Part shown: positions 24,929-33,872 of the stretch, piece by piece
Numbering within the stretch: position 1 is the first letter of the stretch
Layout of the letters: every line of letters starts with the position of its first letter
Notes under the pieces: model-generated
Seen by the model: the letters and a program-made list of their open reading frames with translations, nothing else
Told to the model about the DNA's origin: nothing
Databases searched by the model: none
From: a virus
Taxonomy: Duplodnaviria; Caudoviricetes
Virus record (IMG/VR): IMGVR_UViG_3300044471_000002
Location: 1 to 54,265 of that record
DNA length: 54,265 nt
Reading direction: 5' to 3' (one strand)
Program-made: the position numbers and the translations under genes

Positions 24929-27482
24929 TGCTTACCGCGGCACGATCAGCCAGTACATAGCGCACCGCTGGCCAGCGGGTATCCCATCGGCTGACTTCAT
25001 GGTATTCAAAGGCCACATGAGCCTCGCCTCTGTCTGCTCGCTGGACACCCCGGAAGACTGGGCGGACTGCGACGGCGAGTTCTCCATATCGCTTAAAGCT
25101 CCACCAGCTGGTTTTGTGGCGCCATTCATCCCATACATCATCGGAGCCGTGGTAGCCGTGGTGGCGGCTTTTGTGCTGCAGCCAGCCATTCCAGCTGTCA
25201 ACGCCAATGGCCGCGCCCAGCAGTCCCCTAACAACAGCCTGGAGCAGCGCAGCAATACCCCACGGGTCAACCAGCGTGTGAACGACATATTCGGTGACGA
25301 GCGCTGCACGTTTGACCTGCTCAGCGTCCCGATCAGCGAGTTTGTCGACAACAAGGAATTCGAGAGCTTCTACGCCAGTATCGGGCGAGGCCAGTACGAC
25401 ATCCTTGACTTTCGAGATGGCACTACCCCCCTGAGCAGCATTCAAGGGGCGGCTGCCAGCGTGTTCGGGCCTTTCACATCCCCTAACTCTGGAGACGCTC
25501 CGGTCTATACGGTTGGTGGCGGGGTGACTGGAAGGTTGATGACCGCGGCCCGCGTGAACTCTGTAGACGGTCAATCTCTCGACGCCCCTAACCAGGAGGC
25601 GGTGAGCTTTACTGGGGCTACTGCCACTATTGGCGGCGTGATCACAATGCCGGGTGATTTTACCGGTGACCTTTCCACTATTTTTGATGCTGGTGACATC
25701 CTCACGCTTACCGATGCGTGGTTTATTGAGGACCAGCCGGACCCAGCCCCGTCGACTGATTATTTTGCCCGTGGGGTGTCCGGAGACTACGAGGTGACGT
25801 CTGTCACTAGCAACACAATCGCCCTGAATATAACCGGAGCGTCTAATTGGGAGTTTGCTGGCCTGTTTGAGCCGCAGCTGTGGTACGCGCTGCTGGACAC
25901 TTTTGGGGAGGGGGCTACGGTACGCCTAGTTAACCCCGGGTTCGGGTGGAGGGACTATAACCAAGCAGCGCAAATATCCAACCCGAGCACATTGGCAGTC
26001 GGCCCGTTCGTCGTGCTGGACAACGAGGTAAACGTGTTCCGGTACAACATAGTGGCCTTGAATGGGTTGTATCGTGATGACGGGACCGTGTACCCGATGA
26101 CGGTAGACCTCGAGCTCACTATCGAGCGTCTCGACTCTAGTGGCACTCCTACTGGAGACATCGCGCCTCCATACACCATCACCCTCACCGGCAGTCAACG
26201 CGATACCGTGGCCACAACCACCAATATCGACAACCCGTTTCTTGGGTGGGGAACGCAGCACACCATGCGCCGCATCACAGATAGACCTAGCACCGATGGA
26301 CAGAACGTGAGCGACGAGATCAAATGGCGTGACTTCTTCACCTTCAGGGATGACGTGCCGGAACAGTTCGGGGATATCACTACGGCCTACGTGCGGATCC
26401 GTGCCACTGACTCCGCACTCCGGGTCAAAGAGCGTGTGGCCAACGCCCGAGTAGTGCGGCTAATACCCGCACTCGGTCAGGCATGGAGTACCACGCTGTA
26501 TCCGCTCAAGGACTTTGCCAGTATCGCCAGCGCGATCGCCCGCGACCCTCGCATAGGAAGGTTGCCAGCGCCGGCCTTTGATGAGCAGGTCTGGGAGCTA
26601 GAGCGCGACCGGCTGATCGCTTATTTCGGAGATAGCGGCATGGCCGAATGCGCCCACACCTTTGACGACACCAACATCACGTTCGAGGAGTCGATCCAGC
26701 TTGTGGCTTCGGCCTGCTTCTGCCAAGCGTACCGTCAGGGGTCGGTTGTGCGGGTGCTGGCAGACTTGCCGCAGGCCGTCAGTACCGCGCTATACTGCCA
26801 TCGCAATAAGCACCCAGGTAGTGACAAACGCAGCAGACGATTCACCACCGAGAAGAGACAGGATGGTGTGGAGTTGAGCTACAAGAGCCGGACGACGGAC
26901 GCCATGGAGACCTACACGCTTGGCATTGACGGAGCCGTACCTAGCAACGCCAAGGAAATCGAGGTGCAAGGTATCCGGACGCTAAAACAGGCAGTAATCC
27001 ACGCCCGCCGTCGCGTTAATCGCCTCAAGTACCAGCGTGTTACCGTGGAATTTGACGCCCTGAGCGAGGCCCGGCTGCTGGTCCCGACCAGTCGTATCGA
27101 TGTGGTGAACAACACGCGGTATGGCACGATGGACGGGGAAGTTACCGGGCAAGAAGGACTCGTGCTCAAGGTATCACAACCGGTCGGTATGACCGAGTCC
27201 CCCCATAGCGTCATACTCACTCGCCAAGATGGGTCGATAGAGAGCATACCTGTCGTGGCGGCTAGTGGTCGAGAGTTGACGCTCAGTCGCGTGCCCAGCG
27301 AGACGGTGTACTCCGGGTACCTCAGGGCTCGCACTCGATTTGCATTCGGCCCAGACGCCGAGGGAGACAAACTGGCAATACGCGTGGAGTCGGTGCAGCC
27401 AGACAGTATCGACAAGATTAGAGTTCAGGGTGTGAATTACAGCGATGGGTATTTTGAAGGTGATTTGCAGCCGATAACGTAA
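24873..27482 (+). CDS. Central tail tip / host specificity protein (J-like)
   Basis: ~870 aa; QSPNNSL..RSN.PR..QRV.DIFG, TFDDTNITFEE, DGVELSY. Confidence 0.88.
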   Translation: MFQTTVRLYDDPTQPPTIDAYRGTISQYIAHRWPAGIPSADFMVFKGHMSLASVCSLDTPEDWADCDGEFSISLKAPPAGFVAPFIPYIIGAVVAVVAAFVLQPAIPAVNANGRAQQSPNNSLEQRSNTPRVNQRVNDIFGDERCTFDLLSVPISEFVDNKEFESFYASIGRGQYDILDFRDGTTPLSSIQGAAASVFGPFTSPNSGDAPVYTVGGGVTGRLMTAARVNSVDGQSLDAPNQEAVSFTGATATIGGVITMPGDFTGDLSTIFDAGDILTLTDAWFIEDQPDPAPSTDYFARGVSGDYEVTSVTSNTIALNITGASNWEFAGLFEPQLWYALLDTFGEGATVRLVNPGFGWRDYNQAAQISNPSTLAVGPFVVLDNEVNVFRYNIVALNGLYRDDGTVYPMTVDLELTIERLDSSGTPTGDIAPPYTITLTGSQRDTVATTTNIDNPFLGWGTQHTMRRITDRPSTDGQNVSDEIKWRDFFTFRDDVPEQFGDITTAYVRIRATDSALRVKERVANARVVRLIPALGQAWSTTLYPLKDFASIASAIARDPRIGRLPAPAFDEQVWELERDRLIAYFGDSGMAECAHTFDDTNITFEESIQLVASACFCQAYRQGSVVRVLADLPQAVSTALYCHRNKHPGSDKRSRRFTTEKRQDGVELSYKSRTTDAMETYTLGIDGAVPSNAKEIEVQGIRTLKQAVIHARRRVNRLKYQRVTVEFDALSEARLLVPTSRIDVVNNTRYGTMDGEVTGQEGLVLKVSQPVGMTESPHSVILTRQDGSIESIPVVAASGRELTLSRVPSETVYSGYLRARTRFAFGPDAEGDKLAIRVESVQPDSIDKIRVQGVNYSDGYFEGDLQPIT

Positions 27483-27485
27483 AGA

Positions 27486-27510
27486 GAAAGCCCCTCATTG
27501 AGGGGCTTTC
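27486..27510. terminator. Bidirectional terminator
   Basis: GAAAGCCCCTC-ATT-GAGGGGCTTTC between convergent genes. Confidence 0.85.
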
Positions 27511-27514
27511 GTTA

Positions 27515-29506
27515 CTAGTTAAACGTAGGTTTAATACTGTAATTAATAAATGCAGAATACATTTTCATGTTAGGTAGTTTTGACGTGACCGGTATCGATA
27601 CTGTGATAATTCCTACAGTTACATCAACCGACGTATCATATGACTTAATTTCCACTCCGTATTCACCGACTGCCACTCCACTCCCAGAGGCCCCTGTCTG
27701 CACTATTGAGTTATTTTTATACAAGTCAACAGTTATGACCCCTCCGTTATTTCTTACATTAAGAACAGCTGACCCTCCTTTATCTGAAAGGTACACCCCA
27801 GTCGAATCGATATTAGCTTTGAACACCATGGTGTCACCCGCGTCAACCACTGAACTTGTGCCGGAGTCAACTTGGGCTTGAGGGCCTGTGAACGACTGAT
27901 CCTTTAACTCAGGTAATGCAATACCGCCAAACGCGAATGACGAACCGAGCCCTGTTGTAACCATGTCGAACAGCACACCAATCACATGCAACCCAGCCAA
28001 TTTTCTGCCATAAAATTTACAGTCAGAATCCCAGTCAAGTGATGACTGGTTGCCAAATTGCTTTTGCTGGTAGTATGAACCTGATGACTCTCCATTATCC
28101 AGCACTGCGCAATTAGCAGCATCGTTCCACTGTAGCCCCCAGATAGAAAAGCACTTGATAGCATCACCAAATATTACAGGGTAGTTTACGCCTTGCGCTA
28201 CACCAGATGTAGGCCTAGCAGCTGTAAGTAACTGCCCACCGCGAGATGGCTGCGTTTGAATCATTCTGTTTAATGTGAGGTTGTCAAAATATGACACATT
28301 GGTCAGAGTTGAAAAATCACCTGGTTTGGATATCGTTGCGCTAGAGATGAACGGTACCGCAAGGTTGAACCCGCACTGCCGGTACACAAATGATGCGGGG
28401 TGAACTCCATCTGGATACATCTCTTCTGGCCTGAAATATTTAAATGACTTGGTCATCAGATCGTACGTGTCAACGAGGTCTATGCCCATCTTCCTGGCTA
28501 CGTCACGCATAACACGGACATAGCTAAGTAGTCGTTTGTTTTTAGCCTCGGTAGTAATGAGTATGGGCGGGCATGGGTTTGGTGTTTCTAGCACAGGGAC
28601 CTTGCCATTGATGCGGCAAAGCCGGACAAACTCCACAAGGTCTAACCTGTACTGGTCTATGCTCAGGTCGTCTTGAGAGTTGTTTATACCGTGGTTGCAG
28701 ATTATTACGTGCGCATTCTGGTCTACACCGCCTGGTGATATTTTTGACTCAAACGTGCTACCAGAACCGTCCGTACCTGACATCATCCCGCGTAGATTAG
28801 ACCCTGATATGCCGCGATTGTTGACTGTGAGGGAAACCCCGTAAATAAGGTTCAGTGCAAGCTGTAACTTTGATGGCGGGTTGTTCGGGTCTTGAGCTGG
28901 GCCTGAATTCGTCACCTGCCCGTACATTGTAGAGTCACCGTAGCACGATATGATAGGGGACCCGCCGTCTGACAACATTTTGGCTATGTGTGCCGCTGTT
29001 TTGTTAGTGTCTCCCTGTATATATTCCAGATAATCAACACGCGAATCGAGAGCAGACAAGTCTGATTGCTTCGCTGCACCATTAACCAAGTCAACACCGC
29101 CCGGAGCTGCCAATGACGCTAGCACCCTCGTGTAAGCGCTAGCATCCCCCACATCAAGCCACCCAGTCGGCCCGATACCGCCGGTAGAGGCGGGTGTGCT
29201 AGTCGGAGGCACTACTTTGCCGCCAATAGGGATGGCTCCTAGCCACACATAGACCGAACCGCCAACTTCTAGCACTCCCTGGTTGCGCTTGGTGACAGTG
29301 CAGCCGACGGTAAAGTCACCGATACGCTCGATACCGAGAGCTTTAAGACGGCCAGCAAGGGTGTCGGTCTGGCCACCCGTACGAGTTTGCCATGTGTCGA
29401 TCTCGACGCCGGTATCAGGGTCTTTGCTATTGCTGACTGCGCTGACAGTGCGAAGATCTTTCTCGGCATCATAAAAATTCTGTTTAGTGGGGAATTGATC
29501 GGCCAT
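27515..29506 (-). CDS. Tail spike/fibre with SGNH (GDSL) esterase domain
   Basis: N-terminal tailspike attachment segment (YVWLG..P..GKVVPP.STP.STGGIG..GW); SGNH blocks GDS, NRGISG, GINN, DGVHP; GGAG RBS before ATG 29506. Confidence 0.85.
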   Translation of the reverse strand: MADQFPTKQNFYDAEKDLRTVSAVSNSKDPDTGVEIDTWQTRTGGQTDTLAGRLKALGIERIGDFTVGCTVTKRNQGVLEVGGSVYVWLGAIPIGGKVVPPTSTPASTGGIGPTGWLDVGDASAYTRVLASLAAPGGVDLVNGAAKQSDLSALDSRVDYLEYIQGDTNKTAAHIAKMLSDGGSPIISCYGDSTMYGQVTNSGPAQDPNNPPSKLQLALNLIYGVSLTVNNRGISGSNLRGMMSGTDGSGSTFESKISPGGVDQNAHVIICNHGINNSQDDLSIDQYRLDLVEFVRLCRINGKVPVLETPNPCPPILITTEAKNKRLLSYVRVMRDVARKMGIDLVDTYDLMTKSFKYFRPEEMYPDGVHPASFVYRQCGFNLAVPFISSATISKPGDFSTLTNVSYFDNLTLNRMIQTQPSRGGQLLTAARPTSGVAQGVNYPVIFGDAIKCFSIWGLQWNDAANCAVLDNGESSGSYYQQKQFGNQSSLDWDSDCKFYGRKLAGLHVIGVLFDMVTTGLGSSFAFGGIALPELKDQSFTGPQAQVDSGTSSVVDAGDTMVFKANIDSTGVYLSDKGGSAVLNVRNNGGVITVDLYKNNSIVQTGASGSGVAVGEYGVEIKSYDTSVDVTVGIITVSIPVTSKLPNMKMYSAFINYSIKPTFN

Positions 29507-29522
29507 GTCGGCAAACTCCGGT

Positions 29523-29548
29523 TGTGATATTATGCGCAGTGTACCACA
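29523..29548. promoter_or_regulatory. Opposed extended -10 promoters serving divergent genes
   Basis: TGTGATATTAT (+, 29523-29533) and TGTGGTACACT (-, 29548-29538). Confidence 0.55.
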
Positions 29549-29564
29549 ATCGGAGATATGACTC

Positions 29565-29672
29565 ATGGCCAAAGCCCCTACTACCAATGCGAAACCTAAG
29601 CCCAAAAAGCCTGCTGTGCCTATTGCTCGCGGCAAATATGGCGGCAATACCCCTAGCGGTAAGCCTAAGTGA
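29565..29672 (+). CDS. Lys/Pro-rich 35-aa peptide
   Basis: GGAG 9 nt upstream; MAKAPTTNAKPKPKKPAVPIARGKYGGNTPSGKPK. Confidence 0.45.
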   Translation: MAKAPTTNAKPKPKKPAVPIARGKYGGNTPSGKPK

Positions 29673-30249
29673 CGAGGCGGCATGGTACTTTGAAGACATC
29701 AAGCAGCGCGGCACCATAGCCGCGCTGGCTTGGTGCGTAACGATGCTGTGCTCATACCGCCAACTGCCCCTCAAATGCCTCTCCGCTCTCACCGCCTGCT
29801 ATTTCACTGCCGACGTCGCCACTTGGCCTGTGTGGATGTGGTGGCCCGCTGTGTACGATATCACCCCTTGGTTTACTACTATCACAGCAGCTAGTCTTGC
29901 CGTCTGGTATTACCGCCGGTCATACCGCTGGCCGAGCGACCAGGTCTGCACAGGGTGGGTGTACGTGGTGCGCCGCAAGCCACGCAGCCCTCAAGACCTG
30001 CTGCTCGCTATGACAGGGCGCCAGCCACTCGGGGGTGTAAGCGTCATGGTAGACGGACAGGTATGGGGGTTTCATCACGGCATATTGACGTGCCGCTCAG
30101 GTATCCCAGATGGGTCAAAATATGTCATAATGCGGACTAAACGAGCCGACGAGGCCACCCTTTCCGCATTGAAAGCCCTGGAGGGCTCCCGATGGTCCCT
30201 AATCCACAATTGCATGACCGCACTGTTGCCCGTGGCGGTAGTCAAGTAG
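29587..30249 (+). CDS. Multi-pass membrane protein
   Basis: About four hydrophobic segments plus a soluble C-terminus; start codon uncertain. Confidence 0.7.
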   Translation: MRNLSPKSLLCLLLAANMAAIPLAVSLSDEAAWYFEDIKQRGTIAALAWCVTMLCSYRQLPLKCLSALTACYFTADVATWPVWMWWPAVYDITPWFTTITAASLAVWYYRRSYRWPSDQVCTGWVYVVRRKPRSPQDLLLAMTGRQPLGGVSVMVDGQVWGFHHGILTCRSGIPDGSKYVIMRTKRADEATLSALKALEGSRWSLIHNCMTALLPVAVVK

Positions 30250-30260
30250 ACCCATATGAG

Positions 30261-30686
30261 ATGGGGCAAATCGTAGCGCAGCAAGCACACTTAACAGCCG
30301 CCGTACACGACTTGGCGAAGGCGGTTCAGAAGCAAACAGACGCCGTGTTCGGCATCCAGCGAGATATGAGCGAGCTCAAAGACGGCCTCAAGCACGCCAA
30401 CAACGATATCCGAATTCTGACCGAGAAGGCTGTCACGATGGATGCCGTGGACGCCCGGCTCCGCAAGTTAGGACTCGACCCCATGGATGCCGAGAAGCAC
30501 CGCGCCAACCAAGAATTCCTCACCCGCCGCCGCCACACCCTCGAGGAACAAACCGGACTTAAGCGTCACGTGCGCAATGGCGTAGCTCTAGCCGTGGCTG
30601 TTGCTCTGGTATTCTGGGCGGCGGGGGTATTCAAAGAGGATATGATAAAAGCCGTCCAGTCCGCGGAGGTGCGCAATGCTAAGTGA
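30261..30686 (+). CDS. Coiled-coil protein with C-terminal TM helix (holin/antiholin-like candidate)
   Basis: Heptad pattern then GVALAVAVALVFWAAGVF; upstream of the endolysin; start may be 30192. Confidence 0.6.
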   Translation: MGQIVAQQAHLTAAVHDLAKAVQKQTDAVFGIQRDMSELKDGLKHANNDIRILTEKAVTMDAVDARLRKLGLDPMDAEKHRANQEFLTRRRHTLEEQTGLKRHVRNGVALAVAVALVFWAAGVFKEDMIKAVQSAEVRNAK

Positions 30687-30768
30687 ATGGTGCGATCGCA
30701 TGTGGGCACAGACGCAAGAGCTGGCTTATCTTGAGCTAGCGCAATTCTGGAGAGGTAAAGGGCTATGA
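30676..30768 (+). CDS. 30-aa peptide preceding the endolysin
   Basis: GGAGG RBS; ATGA overlap with the endolysin; MLSEWCDRMWAQTQELAYLELAQFWRGKGL. Confidence 0.65.
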   Translation: MLSEWCDRMWAQTQELAYLELAQFWRGKGL

Positions 30769-31304
30769 CCCGTAATAAACTGGCCGGCAGCCTGCTGGCC
30801 GCCGCCATGGCGCTAGGCGCTGGGTTTGAGGGCGTGCGCTACGTGGCCTATCAGGACGTCGGCAACGTGTGGACTTACTGCTACGGCGAGACGCTGGGCG
30901 TCAAGAAGGGAGACACGGCCACACCCGAGCAGTGCAAATCACAACTGATCGCCAGCTTGCTCCGGCATAACAAGCCCTTCGAGAGCTTGCCGCGCCAGTT
31001 GCCGGACCGCGTACACCTAGCCGCGCTGGACTTCTGCTATAACGTGGGGGTCGGTGCGTGTACTAACAGCACGCTCTGGCGTCACCTACAGACGGGCCGA
31101 TACGACGAAGCATGCCAGCAGTTTACCCGCTGGAAGTACGCAGCCGGGCAGGATTGCAGCGCCAAGGGCAGCCAGTGCCGAGGCGTGTGGGTTCGCCGCC
31201 AGCTAGAGCGCGACATCTGCACGGGTGCCGTGAGCATCGAGGAGGCCGTGACGCGGCTTGGCGGTAAACTCGAGGCACCAGACGGTGCTAAGGATAAGAT
31301 GTGA
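30765..31304 (+). CDS. SAR endolysin (GH24 lysozyme)
   Basis: Weakly hydrophobic Ala/Gly N-terminus; E-x8-D-x5-T triad (FEGVRYVAYQDVGNVWT); YNVGVGA...STL; RRQLE. Confidence 0.93.
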   Translation: MTRNKLAGSLLAAAMALGAGFEGVRYVAYQDVGNVWTYCYGETLGVKKGDTATPEQCKSQLIASLLRHNKPFESLPRQLPDRVHLAALDFCYNVGVGACTNSTLWRHLQTGRYDEACQQFTRWKYAAGQDCSAKGSQCRGVWVRRQLERDICTGAVSIEEAVTRLGGKLEAPDGAKDKM

Positions 31305-31444
31305 GCAAATACAAAGAGAGACCTTTTAACTACAACCTCAAACGGATGCAACGTCTGGTGGAAGACGCTAAGACAAATAGCCGAAGGGTTCCTAAAGACC
31401 TCAAAACTGCGGAAGAGATACTCGAATGGATGCTGAAGCAATGA
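31301..31444 (+). CDS. Small hypothetical protein (47 aa)
   Basis: AAGGA RBS; GTGA overlap; read by eye. Confidence 0.6.
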   Translation: MSKYKERPFNYNLKRMQRLVEDAKTNSRRVPKDLKTAEEILEWMLKQ

Positions 31445-31557
31445 GTTTTGACTTAGACAAGATGCGTAAGGCTGTAGAAAGCCCAACCACCTATAAACCG
31501 GCTGGTGTGAGTCCTCGAGAGTGGTTATTGAGTGACGAGGCTACGCCAGATGATTAA
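31441..31557 (+). CDS. Small hypothetical protein (38 aa), paralog of the previous gene
   Basis: ATGA overlap; FDLDKMRKAVES...P.G....EWLL. Confidence 0.6.
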   Translation: MSFDLDKMRKAVESPTTYKPAGVSPREWLLSDEATPDD

Positions 31558-31765
31558 ACTGATCGACAACTGGCGACTCGCCCACAAGTTCACATCGATG
31601 CAGCTGATGGCCTTCGCGGGACTTTGCGACATCGTGCTGACAGCCGTGGTAATTATCGACCAGCGCTTCCCGTTCGACCCGCTGTGGTATGTGCTGGCGC
31701 GGCTGGCTCTGACCGGTGTGAGCATGGGCGCTCGCCTTGTGGCGCAGCAGGCCACCAAGCCATGA
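31550..31765 (+). CDS. Holin (two TM)
   Basis: KLIDNWR.AHK..SMQ start, two TM segments, ARLVAQ end; lysis-cassette position. Confidence 0.75.
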   Translation: MIKLIDNWRLAHKFTSMQLMAFAGLCDIVLTAVVIIDQRFPFDPLWYVLARLALTGVSMGARLVAQQATKP

Positions 31766-32106
31766 TACCATGGTGGGTCAGACTGGCATCCGTGGCGGCT
31801 CTGATGGCCGGCAGCTACTACATGGGGTATAGCCGCGCTTCGACCAGCGAGCAGCTAGACGTGGCCACGCGGGCTAATGACCTGTGGGTCGAGCGGTCGG
31901 TGCTGACTGGCAAGCTGGCGGAGTCAGACCGCAAGCTGGCGGAGTCCCAGGCGCTGGTAATGCAGGGTATGGGCGTGCAGGTGATTAAGCGAGAGGTGAT
32001 TTACCGTGACAAGATTAAGGACCCTGCTGTGCGCGACTGCGTGGCTGATAGCGGGCTGCTCAACCTCTACGACGCCTCCCTTGGACTTGACAAGCCCACC
32101 GAGTGA
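31762..32106 (+). CDS. Inner-membrane spanin (Rz-like)
   Basis: N-terminal TM helix, coiled coil, C-terminal Cys; overlaps a lipoprotein gene. Confidence 0.8.
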   Translation: MIPWWVRLASVAALMAGSYYMGYSRASTSEQLDVATRANDLWVERSVLTGKLAESDRKLAESQALVMQGMGVQVIKREVIYRDKIKDPAVRDCVADSGLLNLYDASLGLDKPTE

Positions 32107-32263
32107 CTTGCTGGTCGCTCCGGCTCCGCTCATGGCCACGGATTGCGACCCAGAAAAAGCCCCGTCGGCTATGAGGCACAACGGGGCTGTATTATTGGGC
32201 GACCGTGACAGGCTTATTCGCTGGCAGGCTTGGTGGGCGGGTCAGTCTCGCGAGCGGCTTTGA
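32006..32263 (+). CDS. Outer-membrane spanin (Rz1-like lipoprotein)
   Basis: Signal peptide with lipobox IAGC; Pro-rich; overlaps the 3' end of Rz. Confidence 0.85.
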   Translation: MTRLRTLLCATAWLIAGCSTSTTPPLDLTSPPSDLLVAPAPLMATDCDPEKAPSAMRHNGAVLLGDRDRLIRWQAWWAGQSRERL

Positions 32264-32543
32264 GGTCGTCTATATTCTTCTGGTGGTTTATCGTCATCCC
32301 TTTCGTAAGTATGTCAATGCGACTCTGCTTGATGTGGGAGCGCAGCACGAGTGGCGATATTACGAAGGCTACAGGAAGAAACACAGCGGCGACCCAGTTC
32401 CTCACGTCATACCATTCGTTGATGCAGTCAGCAACGCAACGAGATGCGTGGTCTGTCATAGCATACCGCCATTCACGAAACCAAAATTTGAACCCGAAAC
32501 TCGCAAATTCTTCTTCTGTTATCTTGCGGAACCATATGCTCAT
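32214..32543 (-). CDS. Hypothetical protein with one TM helix
   Basis: AAGGA RBS; 109 aa. Confidence 0.7.
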   Translation of the reverse strand: MSIWFRKITEEEFASFGFKFWFREWRYAMTDHASRCVADCINEWYDVRNWVAAVFLPVAFVISPLVLRSHIKQSRIDILTKGMTINHQKNIDDLKAARETDPPTKPASE

Positions 32544-32545
32544 GG

Positions 32546-32674
32546 TCAGTCCTTCTTGTCTAGTTGACTCTTAACCCACTCGCCCAGCGTCCACGGCCAG
32601 ATCACCAAGCTCGACCAGAGCGGAGCGTCAGTGAGCGCCACGGTAAAAATCCATCCTATTAGCCACAGTGTCAT
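32546..32674 (-). CDS. Small Trp-rich membrane peptide (42 aa)
   Basis: TAAGGA RBS; MTLWLIGWIFTVALTDAPLWSSLVIWPWTLGEWVKSQLDKKD. Confidence 0.7.
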   Translation of the reverse strand: MTLWLIGWIFTVALTDAPLWSSLVIWPWTLGEWVKSQLDKKD

Positions 32675-32683
32675 GGTTAGTCC

Positions 32684-32998
32684 TTATAGTCCATTGAGCA
32701 TCTGCTTGAATTCAGCTATCCGCTTGGCCTGTTGCTTACGTTGAGACGGCGTTAAGCTTTCTTGCTGCTTCTCATACTCTTGTCGGTTGCGGATGCCTAG
32801 CAGCAGAGTGGAAACAGGAACTCCTTTGCCAAATCGGACTCCGGGCTCGAGTAGCACGCTGCACGGCAGCCGATCACCTTCTAGGGCTCCCGCACGCTTT
32901 CGCCAATAGCACACGTCGCACAGGTCGGGGTCAGACCCGTCCCGTCCGTGACAGTGATGGTTTATGGCGTAGCTGCCACAGTCGCATTGTTTGCTCAT
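32684..32998 (-). CDS. Zn-finger-like hypothetical protein
   Basis: CDCGSYAINHHCHGR...CDVCYWR; TAAGGA RBS. Confidence 0.75.
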   Translation of the reverse strand: MSKQCDCGSYAINHHCHGRDGSDPDLCDVCYWRKRAGALEGDRLPCSVLLEPGVRFGKGVPVSTLLLGIRNRQEYEKQQESLTPSQRKQQAKRIAEFKQMLNGL

Positions 32999-33000
32999 GG

Positions 33001-33459
33001 TCAGTCCTTATAGTCCAGTTTGTCCAGTGTAGCCGCTGGTGAGCCGTAAGGGGCCCAGATGCCAGGCGCTACCTCTACTTTAAACAGGTCAGACACGCTG
33101 ACCTCTTGCCCATGCACTTTGGCGTTATAGGCAAATACCGTGGGCGTGACGATGCCCTTGCTGATGTCTTGCGGCGCGGGGCCGCCGAGTAGTGGCAGCA
33201 AGTCGGTAAGCTGCTCCCGGCTGCACTCCAGATAGGCGACCCGACCGGTCAGCTGGCCGTCTTTGTGTTCTGCTAGTGTGATCATTTCTTCCTCTCGCCA
33301 GTGTGGGCAATTAGCGTCAAGCCAAGACGCAGCATCAACCGTAGGATGCCACGTCTTGACATACTCGAGCAGCCGGTCAGCCTTGGATGCCACGGATAAT
33401 ATCCCACAGTCTGGCCGCATAGCGGGGGTGGTCGAGAGTGCCGAACAGACAGTACACAC
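33001..33459 (-). CDS. Hypothetical protein (start uncertain)
   Basis: Open frame filling the gap in the minus-strand operon. Confidence 0.6.
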   Translation of the reverse strand: MCTVCSALSTTPAMRPDCGILSVASKADRLLEYVKTWHPTVDAASWLDANCPHWREEEMITLAEHKDGQLTGRVAYLECSREQLTDLLPLLGGPAPQDISKGIVTPTVFAYNAKVHGQEVSVSDLFKVEVAPGIWAPYGSPAATLDKLDYKD

Positions 33460-33862
33460 TCCATCCGGTGGCCTCTACCACATCCTCCAGAAGTTGGCCG
33501 CGCAGAACGCCGCAAACATCGTCGGTCTTGATAGGCAGGTGGGCGCCGCGCATCATGACTTCCAGCCGCTTCGGAAACTTGGCCGGCCAGACGTTGCGCA
33601 CAGACTCGCGGGTGCAGCTCCAGCGGTCGGCCAAGTAGCTGGCCTGCTTCACATCCGGCACCGCAGAGTCGCAGCTAAACTGGTAGTTCGGGTCGAGGAT
33701 CGGGAAGCAGGAGATGGGGAACTTGCCGTCCGACTCGGCCACAGTAACCCACTCGCCGTCGTTGCTGGTGATAGTGTAGCGACCACCGATGCGCATCTTA
33801 GCAGACCTGTGGTCTTTGCGGCCTCCACCCGGGAGGCCAGTGAAATATGCTTGTGTTGCCAT
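33377..33862 (-). CDS. Hypothetical protein
   Basis: 161-aa ORF with AAGGGG RBS. Confidence 0.7.
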   Translation of the reverse strand: MATQAYFTGLPGGGRKDHRSAKMRIGGRYTITSNDGEWVTVAESDGKFPISCFPILDPNYQFSCDSAVPDVKQASYLADRWSCTRESVRNVWPAKFPKRLEVMMRGAHLPIKTDDVCGVLRGQLLEDVVEATGWSVYCLFGTLDHPRYAARLWDIIRGIQG

Positions 33863-33872
33863 TAGGGGCCCC

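Noticed and set aside
27515-29506. Invertible tail-fibre switch or diversity-generating retroelement
   Set aside because: No recombinase, reverse transcriptase, flanking inverted repeats or TR/VR pair seen
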